The notes below the pieces were generated by a model that saw nothing but the letters and a program-made list of their open reading frames with translations, was not told where the DNA came from and did not search any database. From NCBI GenBank assembly GCA_036270255.1, contig DATBCW010000144.1, positions 662 through 64,661 on the forward strand: DNA of 64,000 bases, given 5' to 3'. Made by a program: the position numbers and the translations under genes. Positions 24,610 through 34,536 of this stretch are shown one piece after another; positions within the stretch are counted from its first letter, which is position 1, and each line of letters opens with the position of its first letter. This DNA is from Chthoniobacterales bacterium. GTDB taxonomy: Bacteria > Verrucomicrobiota > Verrucomicrobiia > Chthoniobacterales > UBA10450.

Positions 24610-27600
24610 ATGCGAACAAAATCCGCTTCCAAATCTGGCGTTATCAATCCGCGCCTCATTTTAACTGTTGCTCTTTTCGCCGTCGGCGGCTCGCTCGGCT
24701 TCCTAAGTTGGGCCTCGACTCCGCCAACGAGCAACATCACCGTCCCGAGCAGCGCCGGACAAAAAGTAGAAGTCACATGGTCGGGCGAAATCCCGCCGGG
24801 CGCCAACGCAACGAGCGATTGCACCAATCTGGCCGATACGCCGCTCGCCGATCAGCACGTTTCCACGGTCAACGTTCCGGCGAATGTTTATAACTCCGTC
24901 AACGCGAAGTTCACCTTTCACATCGAGTGGGATCCAAATGCGGGTAATGACGAGATTCTCACCGTGCTTAAGCCCGACGGCACGACGCTGGATTCCTCCG
25001 ACACCAGCAATCCTGCCGAAGAAGTCACGGCGACCAATCTTCCCGCGGGAGCATACAAAATCATTGCGTGTGGATTTACGAGCGCCCCGACAGCGCAAGC
25101 CTATGTCGGCCGACTAACCATCGACACTTCTGCCGGCGGCCCACCGCCCGCGCCCCCGACGCCAACTCCCGCACCAGCCGCGCCCGGCGTTCCGCGTTAT
25201 TACAATTACGCTCCTCCGCCGGCCATGGGTGAAGCGTCCGGCGAACCTTCCATCGGTTACAATCTAACGACTCATAAGGTGATGTACATCGCCGGCCTCC
25301 AAACTCTGCGGGTAACGTTCCCGGAAGCGATCAGCCCCGCTGGGTCCGTCCCGGCGGCGTGCGACGCGTTGTGGGAAGATGTGTCGTATCTCGTCACCAA
25401 AACCAAGTCGCTCGATCCGATTCTTTTCACCGATCAACTAACCGGGCGCACTTTTGTTTCGCAGTTAGATAGCGTTGTGCCGCCGGCCTCACCGGTCTTG
25501 ATCGGGCTCAATAGCTTGATGGCGTACACGGACGACGACGGCGCCACCTGGACCCCGGCACAGGTCAATCCTCCCGATGGCAGTTACGACCACCAAAGCG
25601 TCGGCGCGGGTCCGTATCCGGCGTCGCTGCCGCTCGGCAATCCTTTGAACAAAGGCAGCGCGGTTTATTATTGCTCGCAAGCTGGTGTCACGGCGTTTTG
25701 TTCGCGGAGCGATGACGGCGGCCTGAACTTCAATCGGCCGACCTCGCCTTATAATGCCGCGACCGACGGTTGCGGCGGCATTCATGGCCACGTGAAGGTC
25801 GCGCCGGACGGCACGGTGTATCTGCCGAACCGAGGCTGCTCCGGCGAGCAAGCCGTCGCCGTCTCTGAAGACGCGGGAACGACGTGGACCGTGCGCCATG
25901 TGAAGAGTGACAAATTCACCGCCGCCGCGCCTCCGGTGATTCTCGATCCGTCCGTCGGGATCGCGAGTGATGGGACGGTTTACTTTTCCTACATCAACGC
26001 CGACGGCCACGCGCATGTTGCCGTCAGCCACGATAAAGGCGTGACCTGGGTGAACGACGCCGACATCGGCGCGAGCCAGAACATTGGGAACGCGGTCTTC
26101 ATCGAAGCCGTAGCGGGCGATCCGGATCGCGCCGCGGTTGGTTTCATTGGCACGACTCAAACCGGCAATCATGAAGCGCCGGATTTCAACGGAACCTGGT
26201 ACGCGTACCTCGCGCACACTTATGATGGCGGCGCGCATTGGACCACGGTCAACGCTACCCCGGACGACCCGGTCCAGAAGGAAGCCTGTATTTGGAACGA
26301 AGGCGGCGCGAACCAGTGCCGCAATCTTCTCGACTTCAATGAAATTACGAAGGATGAAAAGGGCCGCGTCATCTACGCATATGCCGACGGTTGCATCGAT
26401 GAATGCGTCGCAGGCGGGCCGAACTCATTCAGCTCGAAGGCAACTATCGCTCGCCAATCCGGCGGCAAAGGTGTCCTCGCCCAGTTCGACCCGGTTGAGC
26501 CGGTGGCGCCGCAGGCGGCTTGTCTCTCCGGACACCGCGACGATCTCGCTTCCTATTTGAAGTGGGTAACGCCAGACAATGGCGGAAGCGACATCGCCGC
26601 TTACAAGATCTATCGCGGCACCACCGTGAATAACCTGGTCCTGATCGGCCAGCAGGTCGGGAATAAAAACACCTACAACGATCGCACCGCCGATCCTGGG
26701 GTAGCGATTTATACCTACAAAATTCGCGCTGTGAATGCGCTCGGTGAAGGCGTCTTCAGCAACATCCTTACCTTGCCTCTCGGCCAGCGGGTCGAGAGGA
26801 CCGGTTCATGCAGCGCCCCGGGCCAAACCATTCTCACCGATCCGGTCGGCGATGAATCGGACGGCGTGACCGAACACGACATCACTTCGATCTCGATGGC
26901 CGAACCGGTGTCCAATCCGCAGACCGGCGCGGCGGACAACATTATCTTCACGATGAAAGTCGTCGACCTGACAACGGTGCCGCCCGGCTGGCGCTGGTCG
27001 GTCCGCTTCAGCGTGCCCGGGTATAATCCGCCGGCTGCCCCGATCGTCGGTGCGCAGGAAGACTGGTTCGTCTCGATGCTCTCATCGGATAACGCGGCCC
27101 CGACGTTCACCTACGGCACGACCGGAGTGTTCCAGGGCGCGGCCAGGTTCTTCAGCACCATTGGGAATCTCGATGCTTCGAGCACCTTCAACGCTGATGG
27201 CACGATTACGCTCGTGTTGCCGAAAGAAACATTCCGCAGCATGGCGGTTTGCAGTGGGACTTGCGCCCCGCTCGCACCGAACACGCCGATAAATGTATCG
27301 CTCGGCTCCGTTCGCTTCTCACCGCCGTCGGAAGTGCCTGGCAGTGGCGGCACAAACGAAACCATTCCCGACAGCACCGGCTCCTCCACCTATACGTTGC
27401 GCGCAGCGAATCTCTGTTTGCCGAACACCGCACCGGTGGCGCGACTCGTCGCTGATAAGTCCAGCGGAACTGCTCCCGTGACGGTGACGTTGAACGGCAC
27501 CCAGTCGTCGGACGATGACGCGATCGACTCGATCGCGACCTACACGTTCAACTTCAATGATGGCAGCGACGACGTGGTGCAGAATACGCCGATCCTCGTC

Positions 27601-28488
27601 CATACCTTTACCCAGGGCGGCCTTTACGATGTGAAACTCGTGGTGACGGATTCGCGAGGCAAGGTGAGCTCGAATACGGCCCACGCCATCGTGGAAGTAG
27701 AACAGACAGGCTCACCCAGCGCGGCCCAGTTGCTCAACATTTCGAGCCGGCTGCGAGTGGAGACGGGCGATAATACGCTCTTCGGTGGTTTCATTGTCGA
27801 CGGAACCGACGCGAAGAAGGTTTGTCTGCGCGCTCTCGGGCCTTCGATCAATCTGCCCGGCGTCGTCGCCGATCCTACTCTCGAGTTGCGCGATAGCACT
27901 GGCGCGCTCGTGACCAGCAACGACAACTGGGGCGACTCGCCAGAGGCGTCGCAGATTCAGCAGGCTGGCTTGGCTCCGGGGAATGCAAACGAATCGGCAA
28001 TCCTGCGGACCTTAAATCCGGGTATTTACACCGCTGTTGTGCGAGGTAAGAACAACAGCGTCGGCACTGCCGTGGTGGAAGCGTACGACCTCGATCCGAC
28101 GAACAACGCGAAGCTCGCGAACCTAAGTACGCGCGGCTTTGTCCAGACGGGCGATAACATTCTCATCGCCGGCTTCATTGCCGGAAATCGGAATGCGAAC
28201 ATTAACGTGCTGATACGCGCGATCGGGCCATCGCTGGCCGGCGTGGTGCCCAGCGTGCTGGCTGATCCGAATCTGGAACTGCACAATGGCAACGGCACCA
28301 CCATCGCCACGAACGATAATTGGCAGGACAGCCAGAAGACCGAAATCGAACAGACCGGGATTCCGCCGACTAATGTGAAGGAATCCGCGATCGTCTCGAG
28401 CCTGCCGCCCGACACTTACACCGCGATCGTGCGTGGCGTGGACAACGGCGTCGGTAACGCTGTCGTCGAAGTTTATAACCTGCCTTGA
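24610..28488 (+). CDS. Giant secreted multidomain protein: N-terminal beta-sandwich-like domain, Pro-rich linker, Asp-box (BNR) beta-propeller, FN3, PKD, two C-terminal ~125-aa repeat modules
   Basis: Signal peptide MRTKSASKSGVINPRLILTVALFAVGGSLGFLSWA. Asp-boxes TDDDGATW, SDDGGLNF, SEDAGTTW, SHDKGVTW, YDGGAHW. FN3-like YKIYRGTT...YTYKIRAVNALGEG. PKD-like TYTFNFNDGS...GLYDVKLVVTDSRG. Tandem modules at about 27721-28095 and 28099-28485. GGAAGGA lies 9 nt before the ATG. Confidence 0.75.
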   Translation: MRTKSASKSGVINPRLILTVALFAVGGSLGFLSWASTPPTSNITVPSSAGQKVEVTWSGEIPPGANATSDCTNLADTPLADQHVSTVNVPANVYNSVNAKFTFHIEWDPNAGNDEILTVLKPDGTTLDSSDTSNPAEEVTATNLPAGAYKIIACGFTSAPTAQAYVGRLTIDTSAGGPPPAPPTPTPAPAAPGVPRYYNYAPPPAMGEASGEPSIGYNLTTHKVMYIAGLQTLRVTFPEAISPAGSVPAACDALWEDVSYLVTKTKSLDPILFTDQLTGRTFVSQLDSVVPPASPVLIGLNSLMAYTDDDGATWTPAQVNPPDGSYDHQSVGAGPYPASLPLGNPLNKGSAVYYCSQAGVTAFCSRSDDGGLNFNRPTSPYNAATDGCGGIHGHVKVAPDGTVYLPNRGCSGEQAVAVSEDAGTTWTVRHVKSDKFTAAAPPVILDPSVGIASDGTVYFSYINADGHAHVAVSHDKGVTWVNDADIGASQNIGNAVFIEAVAGDPDRAAVGFIGTTQTGNHEAPDFNGTWYAYLAHTYDGGAHWTTVNATPDDPVQKEACIWNEGGANQCRNLLDFNEITKDEKGRVIYAYADGCIDECVAGGPNSFSSKATIARQSGGKGVLAQFDPVEPVAPQAACLSGHRDDLASYLKWVTPDNGGSDIAAYKIYRGTTVNNLVLIGQQVGNKNTYNDRTADPGVAIYTYKIRAVNALGEGVFSNILTLPLGQRVERTGSCSAPGQTILTDPVGDESDGVTEHDITSISMAEPVSNPQTGAADNIIFTMKVVDLTTVPPGWRWSVRFSVPGYNPPAAPIVGAQEDWFVSMLSSDNAAPTFTYGTTGVFQGAARFFSTIGNLDASSTFNADGTITLVLPKETFRSMAVCSGTCAPLAPNTPINVSLGSVRFSPPSEVPGSGGTNETIPDSTGSSTYTLRAANLCLPNTAPVARLVADKSSGTAPVTVTLNGTQSSDDDAIDSIATYTFNFNDGSDDVVQNTPILVHTFTQGGLYDVKLVVTDSRGKVSSNTAHAIVEVEQTGSPSAAQLLNISSRLRVETGDNTLFGGFIVDGTDAKKVCLRALGPSINLPGVVADPTLELRDSTGALVTSNDNWGDSPEASQIQQAGLAPGNANESAILRTLNPGIYTAVVRGKNNSVGTAVVEAYDLDPTNNAKLANLSTRGFVQTGDNILIAGFIAGNRNANINVLIRAIGPSLAGVVPSVLADPNLELHNGNGTTIATNDNWQDSQKTEIEQTGIPPTNVKESAIVSSLPPDTYTAIVRGVDNGVGNAVVEVYNLP

Positions 28489-28619
28489 CCTATCCGTGAC
28501 CGCGCGCCGGTGGCCTCGTTAGCTGCCGGCGCGCGTCCTGCCGACATGCCGGACGGTTGCTTGTGAGAGGCGGAACAAGCATTGACCCCACCGAGTGAAA
28601 TCATAGGGTCAGCGCACCG

Positions 28620-30509
28620 ATGAGTCACGGTTTGCGCATTGTTCTTATCGCGGCTTTGCTCGCTGGTCTGGGAGCGTGGCTGAGTCCGCGGCGTTGGTGG
28701 CGTGCCGTCTGGGGCCGCATCGCGCCGGTGGTCCATTGGCTGAGGGCCGATACGCCGCGGAGCCGCGCGATCGTGTTCATCCTGATCTGGCTGGTGGCGC
28801 TGATTCCGATGCTACACCTGACTTATCTGGTCCGGCTATACGGGGTGGAAGTCCCCACTCTCGACGATTGGGAAATGGCGCCGTTGATCGTAGAAGCACA
28901 CACGGGCCATTTCAATTGGGCCCACATTTTCGAACAGCAACAAGAGGCTCGGACAGTCTTGCCCAAACTGATTTTCATTTTGTCGGCGGCGAATGGCCAC
29001 TGGGACGTGCGCGACCAAATGATGCTCTCAGTCGTTTGTTGTTGGCTCATCGCGGCTGGCGTTTTCATTTTGTTGCGCCGATCGGGTCTGGGCCCGGGCG
29101 CGATCGCGGTTTGCTTCTGGCTCGCCGTATTGACGATTTTTACCCCGGCTCAGTTTGAGCTTTGGATTTTCGCCTCGGGTTTCCCGTCGTTTTTTCCCGC
29201 ACTCTTTCTGGTCGCGGCGCTCGTCGTTATCGGGGCGGACAGCGTCACTACGGTTTGGAAATTTGTTCTCTGCGTGGTTCTGGCGGTAGCGAGCAGTTTC
29301 AGTTTGGCGAACGGCTTGCTCGCGTGGGGCCTGACCTTTCCCACGCTGCTGCTCATGCGCGCGGTTCCGCGCTGGTGGTCATGGCTCATCGCATGGGTGG
29401 CTGCCTGCGTGCTTTGCGCCACCGCGTATTTCTGGGGGTTTCAAAAAGCCCCGGGACTGACGGCGTTCGCTCCGTCGATTTCGTGGACTGAGTACGCTGC
29501 TTTCATTCTCGAGTTCCTCGGTGGCGGCCTGGCCTACGCCTGGAAAAATCATTCCAGCTTTTCGGCTGGTACATTTGGCCTCGTGCTAATCGTGATGTTT
29601 TGCGTCGCGATCGCTTACTGCTTCCGGCGAATCGGCGACCGCGTATTCCTGGCGAAAGCGCTTCCGTGGTTCGCCCTGGGCGCCTATTCCATTGGAAGCT
29701 CGGTTCTCGCAGCTTTAGGCCGCGTTGGTTATGGCGCCGCCTATGCGCTCGCTTCTCGTTACGTGACGTTTTCGATTTACCTAACGATCGCGGTCATCGG
29801 ACTCGTGGCTTTGATTGTTCGCGACAATTTCGAGCCGGGCCGCGCTCGCCGTTCGCTTAACTGGTCGTTCGCGATCTGCGTCGTCTTAGTCGCGGCGTAT
29901 CTCATTCCTTACAAAACGTGCGCTTATAACACGCGCTTCTTTCTCCGCGCTTGGTCCGCGAAAGATCGGATCGCCCGCGTCGCCGTACTTTTTTGCCGGG
30001 CCATCGACACGTCAGAGGTGATCAAAAAGACCACTTATCCGAATAATGCTCGGCCGGTGACAGAAGGGGCCGATGCGCTCGATAGGTTAAAGCTGCTTCG
30101 TCCGCCTCTAATTCGCACGAACCACGTCGAGGAGTTGCCTCACGAAATTGCTGACGGCAACCGCGCCTCGGGATTGTGTGAGTCGATCGCGCCAGCTGCC
30201 GGAAATCTCATCCGCGCCGCGGGCTGGGCGGTTCTCGATGGCAAGGGCCGGCCAGCTGATGCAGTTGCGGTCGCCTACCAAACTGACCCGGGTAAGGAAT
30301 GGACCATCTGCGCCATTTCGGATTCCTTTGCGATGCGGCCTGAGATTGTGAAACGTCTCCGCACCATGGAGCAACTTTGGTCCGGCTGGAGCGCCACCTT
30401 CCCCGAGGCTGCGGTCCCGACCGGCGCCAAACTTTCGTTCTGGGCGATCGATGGCGACGAGCCGCGCTTATACCGACTCAAAGGCGACAGCAGTTCCACC
30501 ACTCGTTAG
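28620..30509 (+). CDS. Polytopic membrane protein with soluble C-terminal domain; candidate GT-C-fold glycosyltransferase
   Basis: At least 10 hydrophobic segments by eye. Acidic DDWE motif in the first predicted external loop (VPTLDDWEMAP). About 170-aa C-terminal domain with GWAVLDG...RPEIV pattern. Family not recognised. Confidence 0.45.
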   Translation: MSHGLRIVLIAALLAGLGAWLSPRRWWRAVWGRIAPVVHWLRADTPRSRAIVFILIWLVALIPMLHLTYLVRLYGVEVPTLDDWEMAPLIVEAHTGHFNWAHIFEQQQEARTVLPKLIFILSAANGHWDVRDQMMLSVVCCWLIAAGVFILLRRSGLGPGAIAVCFWLAVLTIFTPAQFELWIFASGFPSFFPALFLVAALVVIGADSVTTVWKFVLCVVLAVASSFSLANGLLAWGLTFPTLLLMRAVPRWWSWLIAWVAACVLCATAYFWGFQKAPGLTAFAPSISWTEYAAFILEFLGGGLAYAWKNHSSFSAGTFGLVLIVMFCVAIAYCFRRIGDRVFLAKALPWFALGAYSIGSSVLAALGRVGYGAAYALASRYVTFSIYLTIAVIGLVALIVRDNFEPGRARRSLNWSFAICVVLVAAYLIPYKTCAYNTRFFLRAWSAKDRIARVAVLFCRAIDTSEVIKKTTYPNNARPVTEGADALDRLKLLRPPLIRTNHVEELPHEIADGNRASGLCESIAPAAGNLIRAAGWAVLDGKGRPADAVAVAYQTDPGKEWTICAISDSFAMRPEIVKRLRTMEQLWSGWSATFPEAAVPTGAKLSFWAIDGDEPRLYRLKGDSSSTTR

Positions 30510-30520
30510 GTGAAACCTGC

Positions 30521-31264
30521 ATGAAACCCGAGGAACACGAGATCATGCGGGCGGTCGAGGACCGCTATTGGTGGTACCAGGCACTTCGTCAGCACGTCGG
30601 AAACGTCATCGAATCTTCGGGCGCGAATTTCTCTCTCCTCGATGCCGGCTGCGGGAGCGGCGGGATGCTCGCCGCATTGAGACAACGATTTCCGAAGGCG
30701 GAACTTTCCGGAATCGATGCCTTCGAGCGCGGCGTACAGCTTACCACCGAGCGGGGTTTGGGGGTGCGGTTGATGGTTGCGAGCGTCCACGAACTTCCGT
30801 TTCCCGATAACTCGTTCGATTTCGTTTTGTCCCTCGATGTCTGGAGCCACGTGGGCGTGGATGATGCGCTCGCCGCGCATGAAACGCTCCGGGTTCTTCG
30901 GCCCGGCGGCCGATTAATTCTGAATCTCGCCGCCTTCGAATTTCTGAAAGGCGCGCACGATCATGCGACCGACGTCGTGCGCCGCTACATGCGCCCGGAG
31001 GTGCGCGCGCTCCTTGAAGGCGCCGGCTTTGATATCGAGCGGCTGACTTACTGGAACCTCAGCCTTATGCCGCCTATCGCCATGGCGCGCTGGCTGAGCC
31101 GCCGGCGTATCGCTCGCGATGAAGCACGCTCCGATTTTCGCCCGCTTCCGGCACTCGTGAATACCGCCTTGAAGGGCATCGCGGCGCTTGAACTGAGCGC
31201 CAGCCGTCACCTATCGTTGCCTTTTGGCACGTCCGTCCTGGCCGTCGCCCGCAAACATGGCTGA
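30521..31264 (+). CDS. Class I SAM-dependent methyltransferase
   Basis: LLDAGCGSGGMLAAL (motif I), FDFVLSLDVWSHV, LRPGGRLILN. ATG 30521 chosen; it is in frame with track ORF 30377. Confidence 0.75.
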   Translation: MKPEEHEIMRAVEDRYWWYQALRQHVGNVIESSGANFSLLDAGCGSGGMLAALRQRFPKAELSGIDAFERGVQLTTERGLGVRLMVASVHELPFPDNSFDFVLSLDVWSHVGVDDALAAHETLRVLRPGGRLILNLAAFEFLKGAHDHATDVVRRYMRPEVRALLEGAGFDIERLTYWNLSLMPPIAMARWLSRRRIARDEARSDFRPLPALVNTALKGIAALELSASRHLSLPFGTSVLAVARKHG

Positions 31265-32213
31265 GTCGTCACCGCATCTGAGCATCGTCGTCCCCCTCTA
31301 TAATTCCGCCGCGACCCTGCCTGCGCTCCACCGGGAGATCTCTGCGCTCCAGGTACCGGGCGGCCACGAATTGATCATCGTCAATGACGGCAGCCGCGAT
31401 GAAACGGAAGCGGTCGCGTTGAAGTTGGTTCGCGAAAGCCGGTTGCCGATGAAGTTCCTCAGCTTGTCCCGCAACTTTGGCGAACATAATGCGGTTCTCG
31501 CTGGGCTGCGCGCGGTCTCCGGACGTTACGTTGTCATCATGGATGACGATCTGCAGAATCCGCCCACTGAAGCGCTGAAGTTGCTGGCCGTAGCGGAAGC
31601 GGAAAAGCGGGACGTCGTCTTTGGCGTTTACGATCGCAAGGAACACTCATGGTGGCGCAATGCGGGGAGCCGGCTCACCAATTTGATCGCCGACTTCGTC
31701 GTCGAGAAGCCGCGCAAACTTTATCTCTGCAGTTTTAAGTGCATGAGCCGTTTCGTTGTCGACGAGATCGCGAAGTCCCGGACGCCGTATCCGTACATCG
31801 ACGGTCTCATTTTCCAGATCACCCAGAATGTCGGCACCGCCCAAGTGCGGCACGTCGAGCGGGCTCAGGGAACCAGCGGCTACAACTTCCGCAAACTCGT
31901 CCGGCTTTGGATCAGCATGCTCGTCAACGTGTCGATTCTGCCGCTTCGCCTGATGACTTTGGCGGGGATGATCACCAGTGCGCTCGGATTCCTCGCCGTG
32001 ATCGAAGTGCTCTTCGAACACTTGCTTCACAAACAACCGACCGGTTGGAGCTCGCTTATGGCTGCGGTTCTCCTCCTCTCGGGCATGCAGTTGTTGCTCC
32101 TCGGAATTCTCGGCGAATACGTTGGCAGAATTTATCTCGGCATCAGTGAGAAACCCCAAAGCGTCATCCGCGAAACGGTCAGTTCTTTCGGCAGCGCGGG
32201 CGGAGAGCCGTGA
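31257..32213 (+). CDS. GT2 polyprenyl-phosphate glycosyltransferase (GtrB/ArnC/DPG-synthase type)
   Basis: LSIVVPLYNS, IIVNDGSRDET, SRNFGEHNAVLAGL, VIMDDDLQNPP, two C-terminal TM helices ending in LGILGEYVGRIY. Overlaps the upstream methyltransferase by 8 nt. Confidence 0.8.
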   Translation: MAESSPHLSIVVPLYNSAATLPALHREISALQVPGGHELIIVNDGSRDETEAVALKLVRESRLPMKFLSLSRNFGEHNAVLAGLRAVSGRYVVIMDDDLQNPPTEALKLLAVAEAEKRDVVFGVYDRKEHSWWRNAGSRLTNLIADFVVEKPRKLYLCSFKCMSRFVVDEIAKSRTPYPYIDGLIFQITQNVGTAQVRHVERAQGTSGYNFRKLVRLWISMLVNVSILPLRLMTLAGMITSALGFLAVIEVLFEHLLHKQPTGWSSLMAAVLLLSGMQLLLLGILGEYVGRIYLGISEKPQSVIRETVSSFGSAGGEP

Positions 32214-32983
32214 TCTCGCTTGTCATCCCGACCCTGAATGAAGCGGAGAACATCGAGCCGTTAGTAGCGCGGCTTGCCCAATGCCAGCCGAGGCTCGATG
32301 AGGTCATCTTCGTGGATGACGGATCGACGGACGGGACGCGCGAACGGATTCGTTCGTTGAGCGCTGATGCGTCGATCCGGTTGATCGAACGCGAGACACC
32401 TGCGTTGGGGCTTTCCGGTGCCGTGATTGCGGGAGCGAGTGCCGCTGCCGGCGATTGGCTCGTCGTCATGGACGCCGACCTGAGTCATCCCCCGGAAAAA
32501 ATTGCGGAGTTAATGCGACCGTTGCTGGAAGACCGCGCGGACATCGTCATTGGCAGCCGGTATGTGCGGGGCGGATCGACGCCGGGCTGGCCCCTTTGGA
32601 GAAGGATTTTGTCGCGCAGCGCCGCTGGGCTCGCTTACCCGCTTACCGGGGTGCACGACTCCATGTGCGGTTTCTTCGCGCTCCCGCGCAAACTGTTGCT
32701 GGAACTCACGCCGGCCGCCACCGGTTTCAAGATCGCCTTCGAGGCATTGGTCCATGGCGGGAAAAATTTGCGCGTGCTGGAGATCCCGATTGTGTTTCGA
32801 GACCGCACTCGCGGTGTCTCGAAGATGAGTTTTGGGGTCGCGGTCCTCTTCGCGTTTCGCTGGATCGCGGCGATGACGAAAACGCTTTCCGGCCGTCAGG
32901 AAACGGCGACTCGTTTCAGCCGCCAAAGTTCGACCGAAAGTCCTACGAAAAGGAGCAAGGTTGCGAATAACGTGTTGCCGTAG
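32210..32983 (+). CDS. GT2 polyprenol-phosphate mannose synthase-like (Dpm1/Ppm1 type)
   Basis: ISLVIPTLNEAENI, VIFVDDGSTDGT, VVMDADLSHPP, IVIGSRYVRGG, HDSMCGFFAL. GTGA overlap with the upstream GT2. Confidence 0.75.
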   Translation: MISLVIPTLNEAENIEPLVARLAQCQPRLDEVIFVDDGSTDGTRERIRSLSADASIRLIERETPALGLSGAVIAGASAAAGDWLVVMDADLSHPPEKIAELMRPLLEDRADIVIGSRYVRGGSTPGWPLWRRILSRSAAGLAYPLTGVHDSMCGFFALPRKLLLELTPAATGFKIAFEALVHGGKNLRVLEIPIVFRDRTRGVSKMSFGVAVLFAFRWIAAMTKTLSGRQETATRFSRQSSTESPTKRSKVANNVLP

Positions 32984-34158
32984 GTTTGCGCCCCGACGCG
33001 AAACGGAATCGACAGCGCCAGCAGAACGACGGCTGCGCCGGAAAAGCTCGCGAGGATAACGCGCCGAGCCGGGTCGTTAATGAGTCGCTGCACGACAACG
33101 GTGAACGGATAGAGCAGCCACGCGAACAGATAACCGAAGGAGAGCGGCGTGAAGATCAGGATTAACAGGAGCAACAGTGCGAACTCGATCGCGTCCGTCT
33201 CCTGATTCCGGCGCGTCGATCGCGGCATCACCGCCAAATAGGCCAGCCCAAGGGCGAGCCCGCAGCTGAGGATGATGCCGTTAATTACCTTGAAATCGAG
33301 ATCAGCCAGGTTGGCGTAGACCGGCTCGTGCGGCCCGTACCTGTGGTCGTATTCCACGTGGCGCAACAGCCGGTTCGTCACGCCCCAGATCGACTGGTTT
33401 TTCCAGGAATTGCTCCGCCCCAAACGCTGCCCGACCCCGGTCTCATCGTATTTGAAGAGCATCCCAGTCGACCAGCGTTGCAATTCCTGTTTCGCCAGCT
33501 CGTACCCGCGGAATGGGATTGGCAGAACGACGACGAGAAATGTCACCGTTAACACCAGGGATAAGACTGCGATCCAATAACGCCGGTAGATCAGGTAAAC
33601 GATTGCGATAACCGGAAACGCTTTGATGGCAGCAGCAATCGCAATCAGCACTCCGCTGAGCCATTGAAATTTTCGTTGGAGCGCGATGAACGCGCCCAGC
33701 ATCAGTGCCAGCAAGACGAGACTCGGTTGCCCGAGAAGAAAATTTCCCCAGATATGCGCGCCCATGATGAGGCTGGGCACGACATAGACGAGAGGATGAG
33801 CGCCGCGCGCGTCGCCTGTAGCCAGCCGAACCGAAAAGACGATCGAGTAAATCCACGCGGCCGCGTTGACCAACGCGAGCACGACAACCAGCCCGGTTTG
33901 TCCCAGGGCGGCGACCGGCGCCAGGAAAATCGCGCACGGGGGCGGATACATGAACTGGAATTTGTTCCAGCGCGGGTCGGGATAAATTTCGCCGCCCTCC
34001 AGCACGGCTTGGCCGGCTTGGTACCAGACCCAGTAATCTTTTGTGCTATGTCCGCGAACGGAATGCCATACCGGCACCGCGACGAGCACGAAGAGGATAC
34101 ATCCAAAAAGCCAGAGCGTGACTCGCCACGTCACGGGTTGGTTGATCCACGTTCGCAA
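32896..34158 (-). CDS. Polytopic GT87/DUF2029-like glycosyl(mannosyl)transferase
   Basis: KDYWVWYQAGQAVLEGGEIYPD...FMYPPPCAIFLAP signature region of DUF2029-type GT-C enzymes, then about 10 TM segments. TTG 34158 (3 nt after the upstream stop) or GTG 34134 as start. Confidence 0.65.
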   Translation of the reverse strand: MRTWINQPVTWRVTLWLFGCILFVLVAVPVWHSVRGHSTKDYWVWYQAGQAVLEGGEIYPDPRWNKFQFMYPPPCAIFLAPVAALGQTGLVVVLALVNAAAWIYSIVFSVRLATGDARGAHPLVYVVPSLIMGAHIWGNFLLGQPSLVLLALMLGAFIALQRKFQWLSGVLIAIAAAIKAFPVIAIVYLIYRRYWIAVLSLVLTVTFLVVVLPIPFRGYELAKQELQRWSTGMLFKYDETGVGQRLGRSNSWKNQSIWGVTNRLLRHVEYDHRYGPHEPVYANLADLDFKVINGIILSCGLALGLAYLAVMPRSTRRNQETDAIEFALLLLLILIFTPLSFGYLFAWLLYPFTVVVQRLINDPARRVILASFSGAAVVLLALSIPFRVGAQTYGNTLFATLLLFVGLSVELWRLKRVAVS

Positions 34159-34161
34159 CGT

Positions 34162-34530
34162 CTAGAAATGCAGATGACTGACGAGCCAGATAATCGCCAC
34201 CCCGAGCGCGATGACGAGCACTAGAAAAATGATTCGGCCTTCCCGTCGCTCTTTTCGCAACGATTTGCGCCGGCCGCGCGAATGTCCTTCGTCGCCCCAG
34301 CGTCTGTCCTGGAGCGCGACCGAAACATCCAGCCGGCTTCGCCCTTCGCTCGCCCGCGCCAGCAATTCCTCCCGCTGCCGCCGCGTTGTCTCCTCCGCGA
34401 CGCGCGGTGCCTCGGCGATCATCCGTTCGAGCTTTTCCATCTCGCCGCGCAACTGCGACTCGCGCTGCGCGAGTTCTTCCTGTTTCTGGTTAAGCGGCGT
34501 CCCGGGTTGAGGAGCAGGTCGGCGGCGCAT
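34162..34530 (-). CDS. Tail-anchored coiled-coil protein, unknown function
   Basis: 122 aa. Charged heptad-like N-terminal region (QKQEELAQRESQLRGEMEKLERMIAE). Basic stretch RKSLRKERREGR immediately before the single C-terminal TM IIFLVLVIALGVAIIWLV, with 5 residues after it. Confidence 0.5.
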   Translation of the reverse strand: MRRRPAPQPGTPLNQKQEELAQRESQLRGEMEKLERMIAEAPRVAEETTRRQREELLARASEGRSRLDVSVALQDRRWGDEGHSRGRRKSLRKERREGRIIFLVLVIALGVAIIWLVSHLHF

Positions 34531-34536
34531 GCGGAA

